The translations under genes and the position numbers were made by a program. The notes beneath the pieces are model-generated. The model did no database searches and was not told the origin of the DNA. It saw only the letters and a list, made by a program, of their open reading frames with translations. Shown one piece after another: positions 19,923 through 30,053 of a DNA stretch of 64,000 nt (positions are counted from its first letter, which is position 1; each line of letters begins with the position of its first letter). The stretch spans positions 718 to 64,717 of the forward strand of contig BOWX01000004.1 in assembly GCA_019650355.1 (NCBI GenBank), in the 5' to 3' direction. The DNA is from Fidelibacterota bacterium. GTDB taxonomy: Bacteria > Fidelibacterota > Marinisomatia > Marinisomatales > Marinisomataceae.

Positions 19923-20908
19923 GTTGTCCCGTTGATTTAAAATACTGCTTTAATATCAAAAGCTGAATTAATCTCTCTTGTTTTACATCTTTAAATTGTC
20001 TAACAAATTTTTTTGCATTCTCGATGATTTTAAGACACTTATCATTTTCATTTATATAAAATTCGATTTTTTCCTCTGCATCAGAAAAATCATCTTTAAC
20101 TTTTATATAATGTACTCCATCTTTAAGCTTTCCCTCCATAAACCAGCTTTCATATTTTGGTTTAGGCATAATACAAACTGAGTTTGAGCTCATCGCCCAA
20201 TAGAGATTTGTTGAAATACATTTTCCTTCGAGACAGAAAATAAATTTGTAGTCAAGTTGATCTTTTATTGACATAAAACTTTTCATCCATGGTACATTTT
20301 GTTTTGGACTAGTTTGTCCAATATCAAATAAAGGAGTTTATAAAAATTTTTAACAAAATATTCCCGCTGAGAATTATTTCTAATGTCTCCTCTCCATACA
20401 GCTTGATTTTTCTTATCTTCAAATTTTTTAGGATCTTTGATAAAATGAAAAAGTTTTACTTGATTTAACTTTAGTAAAATAGAATTTTGGTTATCAGAAC
20501 CAATAGGTCTTGATTTAACAAATGTTGGATGTGAAGGATGTTTTTTAGCAACATTGCTATCAATATAAGCTTTTGTTGAATAGATAAAGTCGACTTTATT
20601 TTTCTTATTAAAAAACTGTAACAACATGTAAAAATCTATAAAATGTGAATTCTGTTTATTTTTAAAAAAATTGATTCCAAAATAATTCAGATAAATTTTT
20701 CCCTTTATTTGAAACTCTAAAGTTTGAAGTTTTTTTAAAATAATATCCTACTCTTGATTGAATATATTTTTTCCTGAAAACTATTATTTAATATATTTTT
20801 TAATCTCAATCTGGAAATTATACTCGGGAAAAAATATACCAAAGGTGTATAGTAAAGATAATATAAAAGTTTTCGTCTTTTAGCGTTTGAACTTTTAAGA
20901 TTTTGCAT
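19915..20908 (-). CDS. Glycosyltransferase family 90 / LpsA-like (several frameshifts)
   Basis: FVKSRPI, AVWRG, YKFIFCLEG, WAMSSNS, ESWFMEG; start coupled TAATG to the upstream GT2. Confidence 0.8.
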
Positions 20909-21718
20909 TAATTAATTCCAAAATCAGTTTTAGTTATCTTAGTTTCGATTGTCGATTTTCTTATTAATCTATTTTTTGCAACTGCATCTTTATTTTTATA
21001 GGGTCTTGTATGATAAAGATGAAGTACAGTTGTTCTATTTCTTACTTGAAGAGATTTGAATACCATTATTATTTAATCTATATCCAAGCTCACAATCAAG
21101 ACCTCCATATTCCATTCGTTCATCGAAGCCATTTGCTTTGATAATATCAGATCTCCAAGCAGAAGAATTATTACCATTAAAAGTTGCTTTAGTTGGAGTC
21201 AATCGATCAAAAACATCTGCTAAAAATTGATTTTTTACTAGTTTAAAATAGTTTTTTCCGATTGGTTGACCTTTTTTTAAAAGATACTTTTTAGTAAAGC
21301 AGATTTGAGATTTTATATCTTCAATTGTTAATAAATTGGATACTTTTTCTGTAATAGGAAAATGACCACCAGAAAGAAAATAATCTTTTTGAGCTAATCT
21401 AGAGTGTGTTTCTAAAAAGTGGGAATCAGGAATACAATCACCATCGGAAAAAACTAAATAATCATTTGAAGATTTTAGTATTGCAGCATTCAATATTTTA
21501 CATTTTCTAAATCCATTGTCTTCATGCCAAACATGATAAATTTTTTGGGGAAGTAATTGATCAAATTTTGTAATCATTTCTTTAGTTTCATTTGAAGATC
21601 CATCATCTGCAATAATGATTTCAAAATCATTAAAAGTTTGAAAGCAGTATCCAGTAAGTACTTTTTCTAAAAAATGAGGCTTATTATATGTTGATATGAT
21701 AACAGATATTGATGGCAT
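20908..21718 (-). CDS. Glycosyltransferase family 2 (C-terminal frameshift)
   Basis: IISTYN, ADDGS, DGDC, NGFDE, GGLD; HLYH in the shifted frame. Confidence 0.88.
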
Positions 21719-21774
21719 CGAATAAATTATTTAGAGGCAATCTTATAAGCCATTTTTTTTTAAATTAAATCCTC

Positions 21775-22455
21775 ATGAGTGAAAAAATTAAAAAACAATG
21801 CATTGTTTTGCTTAGTGGCGGTCTTGATTCTGCTACAGTTTTAAACATTGCTTTAGAAAATTATGATGTGACAGCGCTTATATTTGATTATGGACAAAGA
21901 CATAAGTTTGAAATTTCAGCAGCAAAGAAAATTGCTAAAATAGCAGATATACCAATTAAATTAATTACAATTGATTTAGGACAATTTGGAAATTCTGCAC
22001 TTACTGATAATATCGAAGTGCCTAAGAATCAAAATATTGGAAAAGAAATTCCAATAACATATGTTCCAGTAAGAAATACAATATTCCTCTCTTACGCGCT
22101 TGCATATGCTGAAGTAAATAATATTTTTGATATATTTATCGGTGTCAATGCATTGGATTATAGTGGCTACCCAGATTGTAGGCCTGAATTTATTGAAGCC
22201 TTTGAAAAGATGGCAAATGAGGGTACTAAATTTGCACAGGGAAATGAAAAAATAAATATTCATACTCCATTAATCAATTTAACAAAAGCGCAAATAATTT
22301 TAAAAGGTACAAAATTGAATGTTGATTATAATTTGACTCATTCATGTTATGATCCCTCAATTGATGGTTTATCGTGTGGAGAGTGTGATGCTTGTATTCT
22401 TAGAAAAGATGGTTTCGCTGCTGCTGGTATAAAAGATCCAACAAATTATATATGA
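21775..22455 (+). CDS. queC: 7-cyano-7-deazaguanine synthase
   Basis: SGGLDS, TYVPVRN, YPDCR, SCY, CGECDAC. Confidence 0.96.
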   Translation: MSEKIKKQCIVLLSGGLDSATVLNIALENYDVTALIFDYGQRHKFEISAAKKIAKIADIPIKLITIDLGQFGNSALTDNIEVPKNQNIGKEIPITYVPVRNTIFLSYALAYAEVNNIFDIFIGVNALDYSGYPDCRPEFIEAFEKMANEGTKFAQGNEKINIHTPLINLTKAQIILKGTKLNVDYNLTHSCYDPSIDGLSCGECDACILRKDGFAAAGIKDPTNYI

Positions 22456-23083
22456 GTTACTCAGTAAAAGAAATTTATTTAACTCTTCAAGGAGAAGGTT
22501 TTCATACAGGAAAGCATGCTGTATTTTGTAGATTTTCTGGTTGTAATCTGTGGACAGGACTTGAAAAGATCGAGAAAAAGCTATATGTAATTTTTGCGAC
22601 ACAGATTTTGTTGGAACAGATGGAATAAATGGTGCGAAATATTCAAGCGCTGACAAATTAGCAAACAAAATTGATGAATTATGGAAAAAAGATTTAAAAG
22701 AAAAATTTGTTGTGTTTACGGGTGGGGAGCCTTTGTTACAGTTAAATAAAGAACTGATTGATATTCTACATAATAAAAATTTTAAAATTGCCGTTGAAAC
22801 CAATGGAACAATAATACCTCCTAAAAATATAGATTGGATATGTGTGAGCCCAAAAAAAGGAGCTGAACTAAATCTTGATTATGGAAATGAACTAAAATTG
22901 GTTTATCCTCAAGAAGGCTTGAATCCTGAGCAGTTTAAAAATTATAATTTCGATCACTTTTTTTTGCAACCAATGGATGGAAAAGATTTACAAAAAAATA
23001 TCTTGCAAAGTGTATCTTACTGTATCGAAAATCCCCTATGGCGTTTAAGCTTACAAACACATAAAATAATGGGTATAGATTGA
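22452..23083 (+). CDS. queE: 7-carboxy-7-deazaguanine synthase (frameshift ~22565)
   Basis: TLQGEG, GCNLW...CNFCDT, TGGEP, VSPK, SLQTHK. Confidence 0.92.
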
Positions 23084-23084
23084 T

Positions 23085-23456
23085 ATGTTTAGATTAAAAA
23101 GAAAATATGAATTCCATGCTGCAAGAAAATTAACTGCGCTGCAAGAAAATCATCCTTGTGGAGAGCTTCACGGCCACACATTTACAATAACTATTAAGGT
23201 TTCTGGAAATCAGCTTACAGACGAAGGGTGGATTATGGATTTTAATGACATAGATAAGTTGTTTAAGGAAAAAGTTCATAAAACACTTGATCATAAATAT
23301 CTTAATGATATTGATGGATTATCAAATCCTACAACTGAACACATAGCAATGTGGATATGGAAAAAGTTAGAGAATGATCTTCCTGGCTTGTCATCAGTAT
23401 CAGTTAGTGAAGGCAATAGTTATGGATGTAAATACTATGGAGAAAAAAATGCCTAA
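23085..23456 (+). CDS. queD: 6-carboxytetrahydropterin synthase
   Basis: CGELHGH, LDHKYLN, PTTEH. Confidence 0.92.
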   Translation: MFRLKRKYEFHAARKLTALQENHPCGELHGHTFTITIKVSGNQLTDEGWIMDFNDIDKLFKEKVHKTLDHKYLNDIDGLSNPTTEHIAMWIWKKLENDLPGLSSVSVSEGNSYGCKYYGEKNA

Positions 23457-23831
23457 AGCAGATGGAAAAGAATTCAACTTTTTAAGCGAAGACCATATTG
23501 ATTCATCTTTTCTTGAAACCTTTAACTTTGATAGTAAGAATCAATATATAGAAACCACACAAGGAATTTAGTGCTGTATGTCCATTTAGTGGCTTCCAGA
23601 TTTAGCTGATGTAATAATTGAATATTATCCTGAGGGTGGAAAGTGTGTAGAGCTCAAATCGTTAAAATATTATTTGTTAGCTTTAGAAATGTTGGTATTT
23701 ATCAAGAAGCAGCAACTAAAAGAATTTATGATGACTTAAAAGCATTATTAAAGACATCTAGGTTAAAAATAACTACTATTTATAATACTAGAGGTGGCTT
23801 TGATACCACATGCATTGAGGGGGAGTTGTAA
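23449..23831 (+). CDS. queF: preQ0 reductase, unimodular (frameshifted)
   Basis: [33 protein letters not shown] across frames. Confidence 0.85.
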
Positions 23832-23832
23832 C

Positions 23833-24399
23833 ATGAATTACTTTGAAAGATTAAAAAAAGCTATTTTTTTAGATGTTGCTTTTTATGAAGAAGTTGAAAA
23901 AGATAAAAAGTTTAATGATCAGGCTTTAATGACTGTGGTATTTGTATCTGTAGTCCAAGGTTTGATGATTGCTGGATTTGCTCCTATAGCATTAGTTCAA
24001 GGTATCCTTGGAAGTTTGGTCAGATTTTTATTTTGGGCATTTTTTATTGCCTTTGTTGGAACAAGAATTCTTCCTGAACCTGAAACTGAATCTAATACTG
24101 GTGAACTAATAAGAACATTAGGATTCGCTTACGCGCCAGGATTATTAGTAGTCTTAAAAATATTTCCTGTCATAAATATTTTTGTTGATCCGATGGTTGT
24201 AATCTTACAACTTGCTGCAATGACTATTGCTGTCAGACAAGCTCTTGATTTTAATAGTACTGTAAGAGCTGTAGGAGTTTGTATAGTTGCGTTTATTCTA
24301 ATGATTTTAGCTCTAACACTATTCATTGGGTTTACAGCATTTTTCGTTGGTATTGCAGAAAATGCTATTGCACCTACTGCACCATTAATGGAAACATAA
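23833..24399 (+). CDS. YIP1 family membrane protein
   Basis: YEEVE, LIRTLGFAYAPG, AVRQALD. Confidence 0.8.
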   Translation: MNYFERLKKAIFLDVAFYEEVEKDKKFNDQALMTVVFVSVVQGLMIAGFAPIALVQGILGSLVRFLFWAFFIAFVGTRILPEPETESNTGELIRTLGFAYAPGLLVVLKIFPVINIFVDPMVVILQLAAMTIAVRQALDFNSTVRAVGVCIVAFILMILALTLFIGFTAFFVGIAENAIAPTAPLMET

Positions 24400-24402
24400 A
24401 TT

Positions 24403-24915
24403 TTGATTGAATTAGTTGATTATTCAGAGGATATGTTTGATTTTGTCCTTGAATCAAATAATATCAATAAACCACAAGTTGGTTTTTTAAAAACTGATAG
24501 GCTTGAATTGCTAATAAGTCAAGCTAACTATTGTAAGGTTGCTAGATTTAATTCTGAGCTTGCTGGATTCTTGCTTTGCTTACCTCAAAACAAAAATTAT
24601 GATAGTTTAAATTATCAATGGGTATCGAAAAGGTTTTCTAATTTTGTATACATTGATAGAATATCAATACTTCCAAAATTTCAAAATGAAAAAATTGGAT
24701 CTGCTCTTTATACTGACTTAATATATTTTTCTGCATTTGAGGGATATGACACTATTTTGTGTGAAGTGAATGTAATGCCACCAAATCCAGGTTCTATTAG
24801 ATTTCATAAAAAGTTTGATTTTGAAGAATGTGGTTCGCAATTTACAGAAGGAGGAACTTTGGAGAGCTATGATTATTCTGTCGAAGTTCAATTTTTGAAA
24901 AAAGATTTAAAATAA
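24403..24915 (+). CDS. GNAT acetyltransferase
   Basis: YDSLNY, YIDRI, CEVN, PNPGSIRFH. Confidence 0.85.
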   Translation: MIELVDYSEDMFDFVLESNNINKPQVGFLKTDRLELLISQANYCKVARFNSELAGFLLCLPQNKNYDSLNYQWVSKRFSNFVYIDRISILPKFQNEKIGSALYTDLIYFSAFEGYDTILCEVNVMPPNPGSIRFHKKFDFEECGSQFTEGGTLESYDYSVEVQFLKKDLK

Positions 24916-24927
24916 GAAAGGATTTTT

Positions 24928-25038
24928 ATGAGCAATTTTTGGCATGATTTATTATTCCCACTATACTTTTTTATAGTATTCATAGCTGCACACATAGCAT
25001 TATATATAATGATTTTTAAGGGAGATAAATCAAAGTGA
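24928..25038 (+). CDS. 36-aa single-TM small protein (not in ORF track)
   Basis: MSNFWHDLLFPLYFFIVFIAAHIALYIMIFKGDKSK; AAAGGA RBS; GTGA overlap with the next gene. Confidence 0.65.
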   Translation: MSNFWHDLLFPLYFFIVFIAAHIALYIMIFKGDKSK

Positions 25039-25232
25039 ATAAAAAACAAAAAATTGCAAAGCGTAAGCAAAAGAAAAGAAGATTAAAGCTCAAAGCAAAA
25101 AGAGCAGAACTGCTTAAAAATAAAAAAGTTGTAGAGAAAAAAATTAAAGCAGTAGCAGAAAAGAAAGCGGAATCCAAGAAAAAAGCAGAACCTAAGCACC
25201 AAAGAAAAAAGCTGCAACAAAGAAAAAGATAA
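25035..25232 (+). CDS. Lys/Ala-rich basic protein (histone H1-like composition)
   Basis: Very Lys-rich; likely frameshift near 25195 hides a KAPKKKAATKK tail. Confidence 0.6.
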   Translation: MNKKQKIAKRKQKKRRLKLKAKRAELLKNKKVVEKKIKAVAEKKAESKKKAEPKHQRKKLQQRKR

Positions 25233-25265
25233 AGAATAAGATAAAGAATAACAAGTTGATATTGG

Positions 25266-26369
25266 ATGTTTCAATCAAATTCTACTTTTGGAATTTATAG
25301 TACATCACTTCAAGTATTATTCCGCCATAAAAAATATTTATTTTTTATTTTATTCCTCACCTTTTATCCAGTATTTCTAATAATAAATAGAATTTTTCTT
25401 TTCTTAGACTTCATTTTAATTCCTGAGTTTGAAAAAGCAAAAGTTAAAGAACCTATTTTCATTATGGGTGTTAATAGAAGTGGTACAACGTTTTTTCATA
25501 AGCTTCTAGCAAAATCAAATCAGTTTTCAACCTCAAATACTTGGGATTTGATTTTACCATCTTTATCCTTGAGAAAACTTCTTTCAATTTTATCATATAC
25601 TTTAACATATTTAAAAATTGATCAAATCGAGAAAAAAAATAAAGGTCACCAAGTAAAGCTTGATAATATTGAGGAAGATGAAATGCTTCTTTTTATCCAT
25701 AAGCTTGATTCTTTATGGGTATCTAATCACTTCATACCCTGGTTAAAATTTGATTCAAATACAAAAGAATTTATTAAACATGTTTATAGAGATAATTCTA
25801 AAAATGAAAATAGAAATATAAGATCAATGTTATTTTGTAAAGATTTTTTTCAGAGACAAGCATTTTTAAATAAAAATAAACCTCACTTATCAAAATCAAA
25901 CCCATTTATATTTAAAATTGATTCAGTTTTAAAAGTCTTTCCTGATGCAAAATTTGTTTTTTTAGTAAGAGATCCATTAGAAACAATCCCATCATATTTT
26001 TCTCTTCAAGAAAACGTAAAATTTGGAAATCTTCTCACAAGTAATGAAATGAAGTTATTAAGGAAAGAAACTTATGCTGAAATAATTGAATGGTATAAAG
26101 AAACTGAAAAAGTAAAATCAAAGCTATTTAAAAAACAATTTATAACATTAACTTACCCTCAAATTACAAGTGATTTAGAAAATAGTATTAAGTTATTTTA
26201 TAAGTTTACTGGGAAAAAAATGACCAAAAAATTTCAAAAACAAGTTTCAGATTATGCATCAAAAAAATATACAAAAAAGCATCAAAATAAGACCATTGAA
26301 GATTATGGATTTACCAAAAAACAAATTTTAAGTGATTTTGATTTTGTATATCAAAAATACTTTGTATAA
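25266..26369 (+). CDS. PAPS-dependent sulfotransferase
   Basis: GVNRSGTT (5'-PSB), EEDE, RDPLETIPS (3'-PB). Confidence 0.9.
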   Translation: MFQSNSTFGIYSTSLQVLFRHKKYLFFILFLTFYPVFLIINRIFLFLDFILIPEFEKAKVKEPIFIMGVNRSGTTFFHKLLAKSNQFSTSNTWDLILPSLSLRKLLSILSYTLTYLKIDQIEKKNKGHQVKLDNIEEDEMLLFIHKLDSLWVSNHFIPWLKFDSNTKEFIKHVYRDNSKNENRNIRSMLFCKDFFQRQAFLNKNKPHLSKSNPFIFKIDSVLKVFPDAKFVFLVRDPLETIPSYFSLQENVKFGNLLTSNEMKLLRKETYAEIIEWYKETEKVKSKLFKKQFITLTYPQITSDLENSIKLFYKFTGKKMTKKFQKQVSDYASKKYTKKHQNKTIEDYGFTKKQILSDFDFVYQKYFV

Positions 26370-26377
26370 TTTTTCTC

Positions 26378-26854
26378 ATGAAATTATCCAGTTTTATTTT
26401 CGCAATTATATTGTTATTAACAACTCAGCTTAATGCTCATTGTCAAATACCTTGTGGAGTTTATGACGATGCGATGAGAGTAAAGATGATTGAAGAGCAT
26501 ACCCTAACAATTTTAAAATCTATGAATTATATATCATCTAATCAGTCTGATCTTGAAAAGCAAAATCAAGTCACAAGATGGATTATAAATAAGGAAGAAC
26601 ATGCGCAAGAAATTCAAAATATAGTTAGTGAGTATTTTTTAACTCAAAGAATAAAGTTAAAAAGTGATTCAAAAGAAAATAAAGATTTGTATCATGCACA
26701 ATTAGCTTCATTACATAATATTTTGCTAGACGCCATGAAATGTAAACAAACTCTAGATACTAATAATACTACATCTTTATTAGAAAATTTGAACAAATTT
26801 GTTAATTTGTATTTTGATGATCATGGTAAAAAACATTTAGAGGATTTGAATTGA
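26378..26854 (+). CDS. sodN: Nickel superoxide dismutase with Sec-type signal peptide
   Basis: Ni-hook HCQIPCGVYD directly after the hydrophobic leader ...QLNA. Confidence 0.92.
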   Translation: MKLSSFIFAIILLLTTQLNAHCQIPCGVYDDAMRVKMIEEHTLTILKSMNYISSNQSDLEKQNQVTRWIINKEEHAQEIQNIVSEYFLTQRIKLKSDSKENKDLYHAQLASLHNILLDAMKCKQTLDTNNTTSLLENLNKFVNLYFDDHGKKHLEDLN

Positions 26855-27411
26855 AAAAAAATTTATTACTAATAGTATTATTTATTGCAATAATATTTTT
26901 TGGAAGAATATTACCACATCCTTACAATTTTACTCCATTAATAGCAGTAACGTTATTATCTAGTTATGCTCTATCAAATAAACTCCTAGTCATTACAATA
27001 CCTATTTTTGGATTCTGGTTGAGTGATTTGTTTATGAATAATTTTATTTATGCTGGGTATTATAAAGATTTCACAATATTTAATTCAGGAATGATTTGGA
27101 CCTATGGAGCGATTTTATTAGTTGCACTTTTGGGTAGTTCATTTTTAAATAAAATTTCATCTGGTAAAGTTGCTTTAGCCAGCTTATCAGGATCTACAAT
27201 TTTTTATCTTATTTCAAATTTTGGTGTTTGGGCATTTAGCCCAATGTATGCAAAAACTTTAGTTGGACTAATTCAATGCTATTCATTAGCCTTACCTTTT
27301 TACGGTACTTCATTGATAGGTGATTTGATTTATTGTGGAATATTATTTGGGTCTTATCAGCTATTTTTTTCTAATAATCCAAGTTTTTTAACTTCTCAAA
27401 GCAAAACTTAA
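26851..27411 (+). CDS. DUF6580-family putative transporter
   Basis: RILPHPYNFTP, FYLISNFGVW, CYSLALPF. Confidence 0.8.
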   Translation: MKKNLLLIVLFIAIIFFGRILPHPYNFTPLIAVTLLSSYALSNKLLVITIPIFGFWLSDLFMNNFIYAGYYKDFTIFNSGMIWTYGAILLVALLGSSFLNKISSGKVALASLSGSTIFYLISNFGVWAFSPMYAKTLVGLIQCYSLALPFYGTSLIGDLIYCGILFGSYQLFFSNNPSFLTSQSKT

Positions 27412-27493
27412 AAGATTTTATTTCATTGGTATTACTTAAATAACTAATTATATTGCTCCATAAATTTTTTTATTAACTAACAAAGAGAAACAA

Positions 27494-27706
27494 ATGAGTG
27501 ACAAAGAAAAAGGTACTGTAAAGTTCTTTAATGACAAAAAAGGTTACGGATTCATTACAAAAGAAGATGGAACGGACGTTTTTGTACATTTCTCTAGCAT
27601 CGTGTCTGAAAATGACTTTAAGACACTTAAGCAAGACCAAGCGGTTGAGTTTGAGGTTGAATCTGATGATAGAGGGGACAAAGCAGTCAATGTATCAGCA
27701 GTATAG
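27494..27706 (+). CDS. cspA: Cold-shock protein
   Basis: GTVKFFN, KGYGFI, DVFVHFS. Confidence 0.95.
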   Translation: MSDKEKGTVKFFNDKKGYGFITKEDGTDVFVHFSSIVSENDFKTLKQDQAVEFEVESDDRGDKAVNVSAV

Positions 27707-27754
27707 TTAGTTAGTAATTTCATATCATATTTATTATTTTAGCTTTAGAGAAAT

Positions 27755-27826
27755 GCCTCAGTAGCTCAATGGTAGAGCAGTGGCCTCTTAAGCCATTGGT
27801 TGTAGGTTCGAGTCCTTCCTGGGGTA
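27755..27826 (+). tRNA. tRNA-Lys(CTT)
   Basis: Cloverleaf: acceptor GCCTCAG/CTGGGGT, D-arm GCTC/GAGC, anticodon arm GTGGC-CTCTTAA-GCCAT, TTCGAGT T-loop; CCA not encoded. Confidence 0.92.
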
Positions 27827-27836
27827 CAAAAATCAT

Positions 27837-28598
27837 ATGAACATTCAGAATAAAAATATTGTTATTACTGGTGCTGCTAATGGAATTGGTTATGCTCTAG
27901 CAAAGCGTATGTCAGAGGAGTCTCCAAAATCAATTTCATTGATTGATATCAAATCATCTTTGAAAGAAGTAGCTAGATCTTTGAATGCAGACAGTTATAT
28001 TGTTGATGTTTCAAATGAACACGATTTTCAATCTGTTTTAAATAGTATAATTAATAAAAATGGCTCCATTGATTTGTTTTGTTCAAACGCTGGAATACAG
28101 CAATTTGGAACATTAGAAACTTCAACTCTTGATTGGCAAAAAAATTGGGATGTAAATGTAATGTCCCATATTTATGCTGCTAAGGTATTAATCCCACATA
28201 TGAAAAAACAAGGTTCAGGGTATTTACTTTTAACTGTATCTGCTGCTGGTTTGTTAAATATGCCTGGTGCGATAGCATACGCAACTACTAAGCATGCGGC
28301 AATGGGTTTGGCTGAAAATCTCGCAATTATGTTTGGTAATGATGGTATAAAAGTTTCTGCTTTATGCCCCCAATTGGTTGATACTGATATGCTTAAATCC
28401 TCGGGTGATATACCTGAAGATCATCCATTGCTAAAAGATGGGGTACTATCTGCAGATTTTGTTGCCAATGAAACAATAAAAGGAATTAATGCAGAAAAGT
28501 TTTTAATCTTACCTCATAAACAAGTTGAAAAATATATTCAAGGTAAGGCGTTTGATTATGATTCTTGGATTGAAGCAGTCAGGGAGTTGGCTCCATGA
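27837..28598 (+). CDS. SDR oxidoreductase
   Basis: TGAANGIG, SNAG, YATTK. Confidence 0.92.
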   Translation: MNIQNKNIVITGAANGIGYALAKRMSEESPKSISLIDIKSSLKEVARSLNADSYIVDVSNEHDFQSVLNSIINKNGSIDLFCSNAGIQQFGTLETSTLDWQKNWDVNVMSHIYAAKVLIPHMKKQGSGYLLLTVSAAGLLNMPGAIAYATTKHAAMGLAENLAIMFGNDGIKVSALCPQLVDTDMLKSSGDIPEDHPLLKDGVLSADFVANETIKGINAEKFLILPHKQVEKYIQGKAFDYDSWIEAVRELAP

Positions 28599-28831
28599 AA
28601 TTTTTAAGAAATAAGATTATAAAATGGTTAATTTTTTTAAGATTTTTTTTACCAGAATTATCCAAAAAAAACCAAATACTTTTTTGCCTTCAATTTATTT
28701 TTTTTATTTCGAGTATTGTTTTATTCTTTCTTCATTTAGATAAAATGAATATTGCAATTTATCATCTAATTGCTACATTTGTTTTCGCTTTAAGCATGGG
28801 GAATATGATGTCAAATAGTTTCAAAATATAA
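28595..28831 (+). CDS. Small membrane hypothetical
   Basis: Two hydrophobic segments; ATGA overlap. Confidence 0.6.
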   Translation: MKFLRNKIIKWLIFLRFFLPELSKKNQILFCLQFIFFISSIVLFFLHLDKMNIAIYHLIATFVFALSMGNMMSNSFKI

Positions 28832-28832
28832 C

Positions 28833-29573
28833 ATGAAAAAATTTTATGCGATATCTGGAATGACTTGCGATAGTTGTAAAGCAACTATTTATCAAAATTT
28901 AATGGAATTACATGAAGTTGAATCTGTTGAGATAGATCGTGAAAAAGGTGAAGCAATTATTTCAATGACAAGCAAAATTGAAATATCAACACTGCAAAAT
29001 ACCTTACCTTCAAAGTTTCCATTTCAGAAAAAGTATTTGATAATAATACTTTTGAAGATGATTCAATTTTAGAAAGCGGCAAAAATGAAAAATCAAAATT
29101 TCAGCAGCTCAAACCCTATTACTAATCCTTACTTACATATCATTGCTAGTATATTGATGAATTACAACAATTGGAACCCAAATGAAGCAATGTTGGATTT
29201 TATGGGATTGTTTTACATAGTTTTTAGTTTTTTTAAAATGTTAGATCTTAAAGGCTTTCCAGAATCTTTCAGCATGTATGATCCATTAGCAAAAAGATTG
29301 CCAATATATGGATGGATTTACCCATTTATTGAGACAGGATTGGGGTTAATGTTGTTGATGCGATTCGAGATTAAAATTGCTTTAATTATTACTCTAATTG
29401 TTTTAGGAATCACAACGATTGGGGTAACAAAAACATTATTAGACAAGAAATCAATAAGGTGTGCGTGTTTAGGTACAGCTTTAAAACTTCCTATGACAGA
29501 AGCCACATTTATTGAAAATATTATTATGATCGCAATGGCTATATCAATGTTAACTAACTATATTGTTGTGTAG
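28833..29573 (+). CDS. HMA domain + MauE/DoxX-like membrane protein (frameshifted)
   Basis: GMTCDSC; SFFKMLDLKGF, YDPLAK, YPFIE, CACLG. Confidence 0.85.
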
Positions 29574-30010
29574 ATGTCATTTATTTTTCTATTTAATCTT
29601 GTATTATCATTTGTTGCTGTAGGCTAAATTTGGACTATACAGTTGGTACACTATCCATCAATGAGGTACATTTCTAAAGATAAGTTTCCAGAATATCATA
29701 ATTTTCATTCTATCAGAATTTCTATTTTGGCAATGCCATTAATGTTTTGTGAGCTTGTCACTTCGATAATGCTTTGGTACCAAAATTTCAATAACGCTAT
29801 TCAAAATGTATTTCTTATAAATTTAATTATAGTTGTATTGATTTGGTTGTCTACATTTTTAATTCAAGTGCCTTTACATAATGCATTATCCAAAGAAAAA
29901 AATACAGAAAAATTATCTAAGATTAATTTGTACAAATTGGATTAGGACCATATTATGGACATCAAGATCAATTTTGATGATTTTGTTTCTTGCATTTGCA
30001 ATGGACTTGA
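29574..30010 (+). CDS. Conserved membrane protein (interrupted by a TAA at ~29625 and a late frameshift)
   Basis: G*IWTIQLVHYP...STFLIQVPLH...NWIRT. Confidence 0.65.
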
Positions 30011-30053
30011 TTTAATTGAATGAAAATTTAATTATTTTATTTAGATTCACTTC

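Noticed and set aside
21775-23831. queCEDF as a 7-deazaguanine DNA-modification (dpd) island
   Set aside because: No dpdA/tgt-like, helicase or nuclease genes nearby; queF points to tRNA queuosine synthesis
29622-29630. In-frame TAA as recoding or an alternative genetic code
   Set aside because: TAA is the usual stop throughout the window; a TTA-to-TAA error is the simpler explanation
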